Positions 12,640-25,690 of a stretch of DNA of 64,000 nucleotides are shown in pieces. The notes beneath the pieces were generated by a model. That model saw only the letters and a list, made by a program, of their open reading frames with translations, had not been told where the DNA came from and did not search any database. The number at the start of each line of letters is the position of its first letter. Within the stretch, counting starts at the first letter, position 1. Made by a program: the position numbers and the translations under genes. The stretch comes from Dicyema japonicum (Eukaryota; Animalia; Dicyemida), in assembly GCA_011109175.1 (NCBI GenBank), contig RDEW01000078.1, positions 74,823-138,822 on the forward strand, in the 5' to 3' direction.

Positions 12640-14690
12640 AATCAACAACCTTCCTCGCCTGCCTGTTCGCCAGCCTCCTCAGGCAGGTTCGATTCTGGTT
12701 GCTGATTCAACTCCGAGAGCGCCTTGCCCAATTGAACCCTTTGCCCATATGGCATCTCCGGGCTCTACCTCCAATACTCCAGTGTCAAGCTCTCTAGGGT
12801 CCGCTTTAATACAGTGGACTGTAAATAGGCCTGGAGCTTCCTATCTACCCCCAACTGCTTCAAATAACCTTTGTGGTACTTTGTTGCAATTCCTTCCCAT
12901 GTCATTACTATTGGAATAACGAGGACCTTGCAACCAAGCATCTGCCCCATCTCGTTTGCAAGCAAGTCATACTTCCTTTTTTTCTCCACCTCCACAGTCT
13001 GCAAACGGTCTTGAGACGTGATGCCAACCTCTATGATAAGGACTTGGCCAGACTCCTTATCGTGTACCACAATGTCCGGTTTATTGTGCTTGACTAGCAC
13101 CGAGGTACGGATAACACTGTCTACCTTAATTTGGACCCTGGTGTTCTCTACTACAGATTGCACCTTATGAGTCCGCAACTTTCTGGTGTGGCGAATACCA
13201 TACTTATTGCATAGTAGAAGATGAAGACTCCTTACTACCTCGTTGTGCCTCCACACATAGTCGTGGCAGAGCATGGATCCACATCGAGTGGCTAAATGAT
13301 CAACCGACATGCTCCTTGACTTACAGTGGGGACATGTATTTGTTGATCGACCCCAAAAAATATTGCGGTCTTGCATATACGTGTACAACGCCTCCGATCG
13401 AGGTGAGTTGTCACCGTATTTTAGCCATATTGTCGACGACTTAAGGTCGACATGTGGGTTGTCCAATGCTCTGAAGAGGACCTTATGAAGGCTTTTTAAG
13501 TTGATCTTTTCCATCAAATTATTATATTGTAATTCGATCAACGCCTTCACATTTACTAGCCCACCATCATCAACACCATACTTAGCAGACAAAAAAGGTC
13601 TGATAGTGCCTAGGTGGGTTGCCCGTGTTTTCTCGGTCGTTATTATGGCGTGCTTCCTAGCAGACACACTTGACCCAGCTATCAGGGTGTCGTGCATTCG
13701 CATTAGGATGGCTCACTTAGTTGGACAACTCCACACATTCCACGGCCGAATTTATCACGGGGTAAATATAGTCTCTCCTTATTGGCTTCCAGCACATGGA
13801 CATGGTTCTCTCTGAGTACTCCACGGATCATAACATCCATCTCATCATACTCTTTGGTCTCAAACTCCACAACACCTATGTAGTAGTTTAGCAGCGAGGC
13901 AGCATACTCATTTAATGCTAGGAACAAATTCCTTGCATTTAGAGACGTCTTACACAATAACGCTGCTCTTTTACGGATGCCTTAAGTAATTTGTCGCTTT
14001 GTCTCATTATAAGGGACTTTGGTGTTCAGTAACTCTTGGCACAGATCTGCTACCTCCATTTACTAGGTGGTCTGGGCTTGTCCTTCAATTCTTCATAGGT
14101 GATCTTTGCTGCACACAGCACTAGGGAGATCTCACCCAGTGACCCTACTGACTTATCCTCCACCGCATAAGCCACAGTCTTATTGATACTGGTTGACACT
14201 ACTCTGTATACCTTTCAATGAGGGATCTTGCGGGTAAATCTACGGTCCTCAAGTGGGACATTGCCGCTGCAGCGAGATTCCGCGCAAAGACCTCATAAAC
14301 ATGCTTGAGCAGCAACGTATCACAGCTCTGGTGCTCTCTTTGACAGTTGTGGTCACCTGGTTCCTGCCCCTTTAGACCAGTACCCTCTTTGCCTACAGCC
14401 ATTTTCTTGAGTTCACTCACAGATATAGCAGTACTGAATCTGCCGCTGCAGAGCTCCGCCAAGTATGGCCAACCATTCCAGGGCATTCGGGATAGCCTGC
14501 TACGTATATGTAGAACTACCTGCCTCGTTCATTATTTTGGGTCAGCTGCCACAACGCTCTTGGATATGGCAAGAATTACATTCATATCATCAGGTAGCGC
14601 AAGTGACCCTTCTCCTTTTTTCCTTTCAACATTTTTGCCAACTCGAGAGAGTTTTAACGTCACCGAATCAAAAGCACGTTCCATGTTTAA
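12640..14690 (-). mobile_element. R4/Dong-like RLE non-LTR element with a long open C-terminal ORF (12765..13703)
   Basis: CPHC..VDHLATRC finger, RHNEV, HNKPDIVVHD..IIEVGI..EKKRKY (PD-D/ExK nuclease), LYLPRDKFGRG. Confidence 0.8.
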
Positions 14691-15259
14691 GGGAAATTAA
14701 ATACTACACATAATAATTATTTTTAAGATTAATCTCTATTAGTAAAATTAATGATTTTATATAAAAATGCACAAATTATTCTGAAACTTAAGTATTGATT
14801 AATTTTCAATAAACATGATAGCTGTTGACACCTGTCACCTGTCATCACTCTCAGCGCTCGCGACATAGATAATTTTATTAACATTAACAAACTCGTTACT
14901 AATTAAAAATTAATTAAAAAGGGAGAAGTCAACGAGTTTGTCCTGGTTGACGAGACACCATATGTCTCCTCTTTGAATTATTGACCCCTTGCATCTAACA
15001 AGAATTATTTTTTCAAGTGGTGCAATATTTCCTCAATGAATCTTGCACGTCTCTCATCACTAGGCGGTAATTTAGACTTTAAATCAATTCCATATGCCTG
15101 TTTAATAGCATATCTCCTCGATTTATCGAGAAGCTCTACAAGAGTACTTCTCTCATCACTTTCAAACCATCCTTAGAAGCCATAAATCAAGAATGGTTCT
15201 ATACAAGCTGTATGAAAAAAAATAAAAATGAATTAAAACGACAAGTTATGGAATAGGTA

Positions 15260-15600
15260 ACTACCAGTCCGCCGGTTGGCCTGGACTGTTCCTCCGGGTA
15301 CCCCTTATCCTTGCTATCCATCCAATTACTAATTTATCTCCAGAACGTTGTAGGTACAAAGCCAGTAGGCCCATCTCCAGATAGTTCTCCCTTTGTAGGT
15401 CCTTTCCCCAGTATGTTATTCCACGGTGGTCCCAAACCGTCCTGCAGGGACCGATGATGTGGTTAACAAAGTCCCGTGTAGATCCCAATTCGAATGTAGG
15501 TATCAAATGGTGTGGGTACTAGGTCCAACTTGGAAAATATCCGGAGTCGGAAAATATCCAAGCTGTATACACATAAAGAAAAGTTTCCGGACTCAATTGA
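15260..15600 (-). mobile_element. Decayed LINE C-terminal fragment
   Basis: WIARIRGTRRNSPGQPADW resembles the WAGHVAR..RPRGRP..W end of RTE-type ORFs. Confidence 0.45.
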
Positions 15601-16799
15601 AAACGTAAGAAGCAATTTCAACATCACCGTAGCTTTTTTCTTCTTTTTCTTGATATAATTAATGAAGGAACCCTTCGAGTTAAATATAGTAATTGATAGT
15701 CTAATTTCTAAAAAGTAATCCATAATGAAGAAGGTCTATGTCACCGCTAAATATTTTTGGTCAAGTGCTGCAGGGTTGATGAGTTGGTCGGTGGCTCATC
15801 AGGAAACCTCTTCAGATCTACCAAAATTAAAGAACTAGGCCATCATAAATTACAAGTACACTCAATCTGAACTTTTGGAAACAAACAACTCACACCATTG
15901 GACTTCCCCCTACAGGGATGTCTGGCTAAATGTGGGTCGGATACCTTTTTAATTAGGCTCCTAGAATCGGTTTTTTCCCTCCATCTCTGAATTGATCTAT
16001 GATAGCTTGATCCCAGCTTTTGTAGACCTGTTGTTTACCACAAAGGGCTTCACCTCCTTTATTGTCGACACACCATTGTTCGGTCCCGAGGTATGGTGCC
16101 ATTAACGAGATGACGAAACGTTCTCATGAGACAATGGATTCATGTTAGTTGTGAAACCTGTGAGCCTTGACCGTGCATATGGAAAACACCCCGATCATGA
16201 TCTTTCCTTTCTCTAAAAGATTATTCTGGATTCTCATAACAGGTTTGTGGTGTCATTTTTGTAAAAGCTGAAGAGTTGAGTTATAATGAAGAGCCTTGAG
16301 AGACTCCATTTGGAAGGTAACGAGATCTTGATTTGACGTTGTTGCAGAGTACCCTTGCTCGTCTTTTATTTAGGACTTCGCAAACCAAATATCAAGTTCT
16401 GGGAGATGATCGTTTTAAATATCTTCTTTGTAAGGAGGGTTCAATTATAGATAGTTTTATTAATTTATTTATTTAATTAGTTTTAAAAATTGTTTTACAA
16501 TATGGCAAACCTTAGATACAATAATACTTTATTTTGCGTGACTTGACACGTTGTTGTGGTCATATCATTTTTTTTTTTTTTATTGTACTATTTCTGTTTT
16601 ATCGTATTTTTCTGTTGTATTGTAATATATTTTATTAATTATTATATATTATTGGTTCGTCAAATAGTGTTGAAGGTTGTTATCAAAATGTCTATGATAT
16701 ATATTTTTGGTGACCCATAAATATTGATTATTCTCCACTATTTGATTTTTCGACACTTATTTACCAATTTGATAATGTTGTATTTGACTGACCTATATT

Positions 16800-16930
16800 T
16801 TTTTGACTGATATGCCAGCCATCCATCGGTTATAATCCTCGTTCCAGGAAGAATTTTTTGAATATTTAAAAAATGGACCAACTTTCTTTTCAAATTTTTT
16901 AACTTAAGATTATTTCTGCTCCTAATTATT
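16800..16930 (-). mobile_element. Merlin/ISXO2-like (IS1595 family) transposase fragment
   Basis: Minus-strand translation IQKILPGTRIITDGWLAY matches the LPGT.I.TDGW.AY DDE motif. Confidence 0.55.
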
Positions 16931-17219
16931 CAATAATCTCTCAATATGTGCACATCAATAATCTTCTCATATTCTAAACCTTCCTTGAAACAATTGAACA
17001 TACTTATATATTTGAGGATGACTACCAGTTTTTTATCAATAATTTACCGGCTTCTCATAACCAATTGGCATATGCATTTCCTGATTAAATGAGAAAATGT
17101 TTTTGAATGACTGCTTTGAAATTCCTCCATTCCACATACTAAAGTCGAGACCACCTGACTTAATTGTATTAGGACTAATCAGCAGTCTCTAGGTCGGACT
17201 ACTTACAATGGTACAATTT

Positions 17220-17580
17220 GATTAACAATATTAGTTCTATGTGATGCACTCAATGACGAAGAAATTTTGAACAACATAGGGACAAGAGTTCTTTTACCTT
17301 CGACATTTGTTGGAAGTCCACCCTATATCATTGAACTGTGCCACGATTATGTATCTGAGGAATACTTCAAACAAATTTAATGATTTTAGAGAATATGGAA
17401 ATGCAAGCCTGGTTATTATATTCACATGCAATCCCAACTGGGATGAAATATAGGAAAATCTTCTTCCCATCAAACAGCGTCAGCACGTGAGGATCTGGTT
17501 GGCAGAGTCTTCAATCTATGAAATTCAAATTTCTGAAGATTGTCACTGGACCTGATGGCTCATTCGGCAATTGATTACGT
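17220..17580 (+). mobile_element. Helitron Rep-domain fragment
   Basis: IGTRVLLPSTFVGSP...REYGNASLVIIFTCNPNWDEI.ENLL...LVGRVF matches the Helitron LPSSF.GSPR..FTCNP.W.EI motif. Confidence 0.75.
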
Positions 17581-17708
17581 ATGTTTGCACCGTGGGATAC
17601 CGCATATTCATTTGAGACGGAAAGGTTTATGAGTCAGATTGTTCATGGATATAGTCCTAATGTGAAACAACTACATTTTACCAGATTTGTCTATATAAAT
17701 ATATTCCC

Positions 17709-18122
17709 ATCAGGTTTATATGCTAAATATAACTTCATACGCTTGTCATCAGTACATAATGCACGAACACTAATTTAATATTACCCGACCATTTCAACAA
17801 ATTCAGTGGGTAGTAAATTAAATGATTGTATTATTAATGAAGACGGAAATTGACTATAAACTTACATATGCAGAAGATTTGTCAATGATGTAGCGAAATC
17901 AATTTTATGTGCCCTAGTATCAGGTTTATATGCTAAATATAACTTCATACGCTTGTCATCAGTACATAATGCACGAACACTAATTTAATATTACCCGACC
18001 ATTTCAACAAATTCAGTGGGTAGTAAATTAAATGATTGTATTATTAATGAAGAGGGAAATTGACTGTAAACTTACATATGCAGAAGATTTGTAGCGAAAT
18101 CAATCTCTATGTGCCCTAGTAT
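17709..18122. repeat. Two-copy tandem duplication, 210-bp period
   Basis: ATCAGGTTTATATGC... starts at 17709 and 17919; the copies are nearly identical, the second lacking about 9 bp. Confidence 0.95.
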
Positions 18123-18234
18123 TGACATGCTCTAGAAATCGGCTGAGGGCTAATTAGTAAAATATTTATTTTACTAATTATTAAAAATTAAATAATTTTC
18201 TAAACGTGTTAATAAATTTTTGTTTTCATTTAAA

Positions 18235-18650
18235 ATGCCGCATTGTAGAAAGAATGAAAGATTTTCAAACTCGTACATTTAAGGCAAATTGCAATCATGA
18301 CTAATGTTTATGGAAATACCTATATGCTCCGATAATGTTGCTGTTCTAAAACTTTATAACATCAAGCGACATTATGAAACTCGGCATTACGAAGAATTTA
18401 AGTTTACAGGAGAATCTCGCTTAATGGAAACTAAGAGACTGGAACACAATTACCAAATGCAAACAGAATTTTTCTATATTCTGAGTTGTAAAAAAGACAC
18501 AGAAATTTCAATGATAATTACGAAACGAATGAAGCCATTTACAGACAGCGATTTTATCAAGGAATGCCAATTGCAGTAGCAGAAAATCTTTAAACAACGT
18601 TTTTAGGAATTTCGAATATTTTTTAATCGCATTGGATACTAGTACTCACA
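18235..18650 (+). mobile_element. hAT (SPIN/GTF2IRD2-like) transposase fragment
   Basis: ICSDNVAVLKLYNIKRHYETRH BED-like finger; KRMKPFTDSDFIKEC. Confidence 0.75.
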
Positions 18651-19189
18651 GAAGAGAAATTCAAGAGCGTTAGTTGCCAAAATTGTCGAATTACGCAATA
18701 AAAAGGATGCAGCTCAGCCTAAACTTTTTCTCAAATAATCTTAACCATTTTAGTAAAAGCACATGGATAGCCTCCCCAATTAAAATCAAGCAACCGCACG
18801 ATCAATTCATAAAGAATGAACTGATAGAATTGGAGTGGAGAGGAGTCTATGAAAAACACCTTCCCCAATCAAGCTTCATTCCCATTACTGATCAGTGATC
18901 ACAAAAATACACCCCTCCCCCACACCAACTCTGACGTGACAACTCCCTTTGACTTTAATGAGGGTTGCAGTGATGATGAAGGGAATAAGTTCTCAAGTCT
19001 TTCTCATCAAAACAAACCAAAAAAAGTTGCAATGTCGCTTCATAAGATACTTGAAGATGTTTTTTAACCCCGAATAACTAATTTTTATAAACAACGATTG
19101 TTGTGTTTAAGGATTGATTAGAAATTGGTTAACCATCAGCTAAGTGATCACAATGGGAGGTCTAACGGGAACAGGTGTCTTACTGATCT

Positions 19190-19650
19190 TAATTGGGCAT
19201 GAAGAGATCAATGGTGAGAGAACAGACGTCCTTGCCACTGTTCACGATATATTTCGAAGCAGCTGTGAAAGACATGGAAGTGATGTGCAGACGGTGTTGA
19301 TCTAATTTCGGAAGACAGAGCCCTCTTGGAACATCCATTAGACAAGCATTGGATTTACTTGGGAAGTGGTTAACTGTGAACAGAGAGAAAATAGAATTCA
19401 CAGAAATAGTGAGAATGAGCAACACTATTGAGAGGACGATATGTAAAAAACTCGGTTTTCTCCTATGAGAGGATATAGCCAGATAAAAACCTTGGCAAAT
19501 GCGGCTGTAAACTGAGTGATTTATGGCTACAACAGAAAGGCATCAAACTAAGGATGCTGTCATGGAACTCGTATGTATACTTTCATACAACTCTTGAACT
19601 CATACAACAAGAAATGTTGTTTCATGACGGATGAAATCCTTTCTTGTGTA
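19190..19650 (+). mobile_element. Decayed RTE-like RT fragment
   Basis: Frameshifted IYFEAAVKD..ADGVDLI..WLTVNREKIE..KKLGFLL, collinear with the RTE copies at 6.5 kb and 58 kb. Confidence 0.6.
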
Positions 19651-20309
19651 GGAAACCCGTTCTGAACTAAGGAAGAGTAGGGTGCACAAAGTCCCCAGGT
19701 TCGAATCCCTTGCGACCTAAATTGAGAGAACCTTGAAGATCATCAGTGAATGGTGATAGTTAATAGGATTCTGATCCTGGTCGGCATAATTGATTTAGAG
19801 TTGCCTCTCACGATGACAATCAACTGTAGAAGTCACTCGGTTTCATAGACTTTGTAAGTGTAGCCATTTGTCACAGCCACAGTTGTCTCAGCAACACACC
19901 AGAACGTGAATCGGTACAGGACCCTTTCTTAGTTCTCTCCTTTGGCCTTCTCAGTTGAAGAATCATCTTGATTAGTGAAGTGAAAGGATAAGGTTTCTCG
20001 ATCTCATCCATGGGCGTCAAATTTTACATTCGAGAGACGTTACATAGTGGAAGGGAAGATTTATTGGAATCATCTTCACCGAATGGAGAATATCATCATT
20101 CACATGTAATTAAATACACTAAATTAATTTCTAGAACACTTGATGGAGAATAGGTAAGAAGACGATAGTTTAATGTTGTAGAGACTATTTTCTACTAATT
20201 AATATAGTTGGTAGCATAATATAATTGATGCAGTTCAACCCCTGTCACAATAGAAGTGCATTAATATGCATGTTCACTATAGAGAGGGTTTATTGCATAA
20301 TTTAATATC

Positions 20310-20500
20310 GCGTTCTATTCCATTGTGGCCGAGACAACTGGAGGAATAAGTGGAAAATCGCTTCGCTTCCTAAAGAAACTTGGACGCCTAGCTAGACTAA
20401 AACGCCACGACGCACGTGAGACACGGTGGCTTCTCCAGCTGATCTCTGTTTCAATCGTGAGAGGCAACGTAACGTCGATTTTGTCGGGGGTCCAATTTGG
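20310..20500 (+). mobile_element. CRE-like 3'-end fragment
   Basis: VAETTGGISGKSLRFLKKLG..DARETRWLLQLISVSIVRGN. Confidence 0.8.
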
Positions 20501-20727
20501 ATGAACAAATGTGTTAATTAATTATTAATTTATTTATTTTCTTATTAAATAAAATTTAATATGCCATACATAATTTTTTTGCCATACATAATTTAATATC
20601 TAAAAGACATAGCTGACTTATTGTAGAGATTACACCAGCGCTTCCCGATTGGGGGTGCTCGCACCTCCTAGGAGTGCGAGAAAGAATTTTAAAAATCATG
20701 ATTATTTGTACATATATGCAAATGATC

Positions 20728-21250
20728 TTTTTTCCCCAAGATCACCGGATTAGAAAAAGTTAAAAGTTAACTACTAACTAAGTGATCCCAGTTTTCCAGG
20801 TTCTGGCTCTCGTTCGGGGTCCTCGAAGATCCAACAGAATTGGTAAAAACGGGGACGATCTCATTCTCCATAGATTCCCCGCATTTTCTAGATAGTCAGA
20901 TATAGAGAGTGAAAGCGGATAGCCGGTTTTCATTGCCCACTGTAGAAATGACTTCACTCTCCACCTTAGGTGTTCTTTAACATTCAATATGTTATTCACA
21001 GTTTTCTTATTTATTATTTCCAAGGCAGCAGTTGTGCTGCTTCTAATTTTTGAGACGACGATTCAGGAATCATCGAGGACATGCGTAATCGATTACTGGC
21101 AGTATGTATTGTCTGTAAATTTTATGTAGTAAGAATGTGTAGCGGCCGATTGATTATCGGGACAAAATTTTCAATGTGTTGGTCCTCCTCCTGACCTTGG
21201 TGATGACGTCATTGACGTGTTCGCCGAATGTCAGGAGAGTATCCAACATA
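20728..21250 (-). mobile_element. 3' end of an I/Ingi-type LINE (RT thumb, stop codon, structured 3' UTR, A tail)
   Basis: LTFGEHVNDVITKVRRRTNTLKIL..IYRQYILPVIDYAC..WKTGIT*; near-identical second copy at 40164-40650. Confidence 0.8.
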
Positions 21251-21254
21251 TAAA

Positions 21255-21385
21255 AAATAAGTACCCAAACGGTCTTAACCGTGAAAAGGATCTCAGAATC
21301 GCACTAGCAAACAAAAAACCACGTTTCGAAGAATTAATTAAAACTAAAGGCAGGAAAGTCTCAAGGAACTTAACTAATTTTTTTA
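21255..21385 (+). mobile_element. hAT (Buster/Charlie-type) transposase C-terminal fragment
   Basis: KYPNGLNREKDLRIALANKKPRFEELIK resembles the dimerisation-domain end of Buster-type transposases. Confidence 0.5.
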
Positions 21386-21399
21386 ATAAAATTCGAATT

Positions 21400-21890
21400 G
21401 TTAGAATTAAAATCGCAACCGCTATCAGATCATCTAGATCCTCTCTGTCTTCAGCTTTTTTCTATACAAGTGAGTTCTTTATCGAGCGTCGACGGCAACG
21501 TTGTTCTTTGTCGACCTCGATACGTTGTTGTGTTTAATGTAGAGAAATATGATTCCATGGCCTGATTGGCCATTTACGAAGTTCTTTGGATATGTCCAAA
21601 AAGCTGCCATTTCGCCGAAGTCACTTTATTCCCAATCTGTGTTGTTTGAGTGATTTTGTAGAGCTCGTCGTTGGTCATCCGTTCTGGACAGTAGATTCCC
21701 AGAAGAAGTCGAAATTGTTTTCTGTGGAAAGAGTTGAGGTTCTCCAGTTCCGAGTCCCGAGGGGATATCCAACTTTCTTGCATGTTCTCCACTTTTCCTC
21801 GTTTCTCGTCCTGCAACGGGATATGCTAGTTCTTTCCGCTTTGTCTGGGTTTACTATCAGGGACCAGTCCTCCAACCCTTGAGGGATTCT
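21400..21890 (-). mobile_element. RTE-like LINE 3' fragment
   Basis: WSLIVNPDK, NLNSFHRKQFRLLLG, KWQLFGHI, YRGRQRTTLP; close to 8500-8990. Confidence 0.85.
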
Positions 21891-22033
21891 ATTTGGAATT
21901 TTAATTTATCCTGATTGCACGCCAAATTTAATAATATTTATTATTAAATTAAAATAGTTAAATTTAAATGTATAAAAATTATAAAATTGACAGCGTAGCT
22001 TAACCGTTGTAATAGAGAATAATATTAATTTTT

Positions 22034-24520
22034 ATGGATGTTCACAATCTATATTACCAGCAAAATGGGCATAATGTTAACCAAAACGCTGATCTAGTGG
22101 AACTGGTGACCAATGATTCTCTCAGTTTTTCCCTTAGTAATTCCGATCCATGTGGGGACAAATTTAGAGGCGTTAAGAACGTGAGTCCAGAGTAACCCCC
22201 AATGTAACTTTAAGCATCATGAGACCCAGCTTGAGGATTCTCTCGAACTCAAAGTCTTCCCTTTCGGCCACCTCTCTGCCTTTTGGAGTACTAATACAAC
22301 CGTTCGATAATATCAAGGTAATCCCTTAGTAATCTGCCCAGAAGTCATGTATAGATGAAGTGATTGAAAGATGCCGAAGCTGTAAGGCATATCTGAATCC
22401 CTACTGCACATTTTTGACTCCCAGATTGTACAGATGCTCAATGTGCCAAAGAAATAATGAAAGTTTCTCATTTTTATTTCCAGTATCCGAGGCCACGAGG
22501 GCTGTTTTGACTGAGAACAGTGAGGGTTTGGTGTCCCTTAATGAGAACTCAGTTGACTACATAGCATCTGATGAGTACCAGATAAACCCTCCAACTCCAC
22601 CGACCTTCTTGTTTGCATTTGACGTGTCACGTGGTGCAGTTTCATCCGGTGACCTCTTTGTTGAAATTCTGCAGGATATCTGCGAATCTGCTCGGAGATT
22701 ATAAAAGATAATTTGGAACGGATGTCTTTTAACCCCCGGACGATGATTGGGTTTGTTTTCTTTGGTACTGCGGTCTCCGTGGTCTCGTTTAACCGGAAAT
22801 CTGAAAAACCAATGCTGTTGTCAAGAATTTGTCGGAGCATATTAAACTCCCAAATGTGCTAATAAACTGCAACCAGTATTTCCCCCAACTGTTACAACTC
22901 ATCGAGTATTTACCAAACTGGTTCTCCGATCAGGACGACTGCCACTGCTCTTTCAGCTATGTCCTCGGGTTCTCTAACCTCGTTCTTGTTGACTTCCTTC
23001 ATATACTAGAAATCTTATGGTGGACGGATTACCGTGTTCATCAATCATCCCGACCTGGAGCCTGGAACGATCCCCTTGAGATCCCCGAGAACCCCTCCCG
23101 TCCTGTAATAAAATTATGTTAGAGTACCAATAACTTCACTTTGTTGACCACGTTCTATAAGGACATAGCTATATCGCTGTGGGAAATACGGGTTACTGTG
23201 GATCTGTTTGTGGTTGGGGGACAGTCAGTGGACCTCCCAACGATCGGCCAGGTGGCCAGACTGACAGGAGGGACTATCTTCTACTACCCAAATTTCCACA
23301 CAGAACACAATCTCATGCAATTTGAGCACTTTAAAAAGGATTTAAGCGAGTATTTGGGCTCTGATTATGGTTATAACGCTTTGGTGAGGGTGAGAATTAG
23401 CAGAGGTTGGTCCCCCTTTTAATGTAGGCTTGGAGTTTAGGACCTTTATTGAAAACATATTTATGAACGGGACCGACTTATTCAGGGTGAGCTATTTTAG
23501 ACAGGACTTTTTTTCAGTGATTATAGATGTAGGGGATGAATTTTCACATGACAGTGCCTTCATCCAGACATCCCTGCTTTACTACAATTTTTACAGTTTT
23601 CACTGGCTTATTGGTAGGTGAACTTCCATATATTCGTCCATACTCTAAAAGTACAACTCACGGAATCTATTCCGCGGACCAGAATGCTACCTCTCTTTTT
23701 ATCGCCAGATTGTGTATGGTGGATGTTTTATTCCTATTGTCCCATAAAGCACTCACAAGTGATACTGGGAACTTTTTGAAGCTATTGGGGAATTCGATTT
23801 GATGTTTTGAAGGTCTGTAGGGTTCCAAAAATCTTTGGTGGATCTCTTAGTATGAGAGTGCCCATTTGCAGGTCGGTAAGCTTACTCCCGTATTTACTGT
23901 TCTCCCTTTTGCTGACCCATGTATTGCGCTAGTTGACCGTAGAGCACTTTTATGGCAAGTGAGATGTCCTTGGATGAGACATATGCTGCCTTCTGTCGTG
24001 TGCTGTCTGTTAGGGCCAATACAGTGATGGCTGAGATTTCCCCATTGATGTATGACGTCACTTAAATTGAGAAGTGATGCTTTGAGGACTCTGCTGGGAA
24101 CTATTTTGTTTCTTTTGGACCTCTACTGGCTCTGTTATACTCTAATATGGCAAAAAGCGGTCTTTGTATGTTGGATATGGGTTCAGTGTGCTATTTATTG
24201 CACGTTGCGAGACCCCGTCTGAAGTTTTTGTTTGACTTTTTCGGTGTTTGTGAGTATAAAGACGTGGCAGAAAGACTGGTTGGTGGTTTGGTGTATTTTA
24301 GTTTTGTCCCTGGGGATTCAGGAATTGGAATTCGTATGGTTTGGGGTTGGCTATGGCCCAGTTAAGTGCTCAAAGGAAGACGAGGATACTATTCTTTGTG
24401 TTTAAGTGATGTTGGTGTTAATTGTAGTATGAGTTGGGTCACATTGAGTTTGTTGGGCGTATGAAATGTGATCGGACTAGGTCTTGTCATTCTTATATCG
24501 AGTATATTAATGGACATTAA
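22034..24520 (+). CDS. SEC24: COPII coat subunit Sec24 (multi-exon, tiny introns; end approximate)
   Basis: LPFGVLIQPF, Zn finger RCRSCKAYLNP..CSMCQRNN, PPTFLFAFDVS, VDLPTIG..TGGTIFYYPNF, GYNALVRVRISRG; introns 22192-22214 and 22318-22341. Confidence 0.9.
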
Positions 24521-24799
24521 TTTGTGGTATTCTGGCACTGTCTGCCTTTGGTTGTTCTCATCTGTTGGCTACTTGTGTCACTTGAAGGGACTGGGTGGAT
24601 GAATTAAGGTATTCTGCCGTTTCTTGTTTGAGTAAATGTAACACTGATGTGATTACAGTCATTACTGATTTTTTTAATACTACTTCAGTCGTTTCTCACA
24701 GTCTTGTGCAATGAAAAAATATGGAATATTTAGGACGCACGTGTATATGTATATGCGGATAAGGGTGTTTAAATGCGTCATAAACCAATACTTCTGTAA

Positions 24800-25690
24800 A
24801 ACTCAGGAACTTGGGGAACGTCGAAAGCAGATCTTAACAGACTTGACGGATACCAGAGAAATCAGCTGAAAGAAATAGATTGCTACGTAAAATAGATTTA
24901 ATGCCTGCTAACCATAAAAGATTGTATATTAATCGTGCAAGACTTGGGAGAGGACTTTTAATTTCTCATTGAAGTTCCTGGATGATTTAGAGAGAGTCCA
25001 GCAATTGTCTCAGAAAGGATCAAATCCTGTCGGTCCTTAAAGTTAAGAAGAATCGCAGGATTCATTGCTTTCAAGTACAAGATAGACCCTACCCAAGTAA
25101 GCCTTACCGCTATCAAGGACTATATACTTTACAATTGTTGTGGGATGAAAATATTGATGGTGGTCAGTTGAAACAATAGTCCGAGATCCAAGGCTTTGAT
25201 TCTTCAAGACAGGGGATAAAGATTCATTATGTAATCTAAGAGGTCAAAAATTCAGTGGATCATATGGCTACACGGTGCAACAGGATGCTCAACAGCGACT
25301 ATATCAGAAGGCACAACAAAGTGGCTGGCTGCATACATTTGCATTTATGCAGAATGTACGACAACAAAGGGCAAAAAAAACTGAAGACACATTTATCAAC
25401 TATCTATTGTCATTGAAGTAGACAGGTTGTATGACTTATTGGTGGGAGAACTACTGTATAATCCTTCAATCAAAGTCATCCCTATTGTTTTTACGTGGGA
25501 CAGTGTTTTTCGAAGTCTTGTAAGTCTCACTTGGGATCTTTCGTAATCGACGTACTAACTAGAACGTACATTCAATCAGTCGTCCTTAAGAAGATGTTGA
25601 AGAGCAGTTGGTGGATACGGAGTATTCTTTCAAGGAAGATTTGGTTCAACAACCTGTCACCAAATAGAATTACCAACTCAGTTCGATAAC
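24800..25690 (+). mobile_element. Decayed R4-like RLE non-LTR fragment
   Basis: LYINRARLGRG, HNKVAGCIHLHLC, YDLLVGEL, collinear with 12640-14690. Confidence 0.6.

Noticed and set aside
12640-14690. Microsporidian origin of the whole window
   Set aside because: Host genes are intron-dense with animal-like intron positions and sequence, unlike microsporidian genes.
19660-19720. tRNA gene (GGTTCGAATCCC B-box)
   Set aside because: The T-stem pairs poorly, and there is no A-box or cloverleaf.
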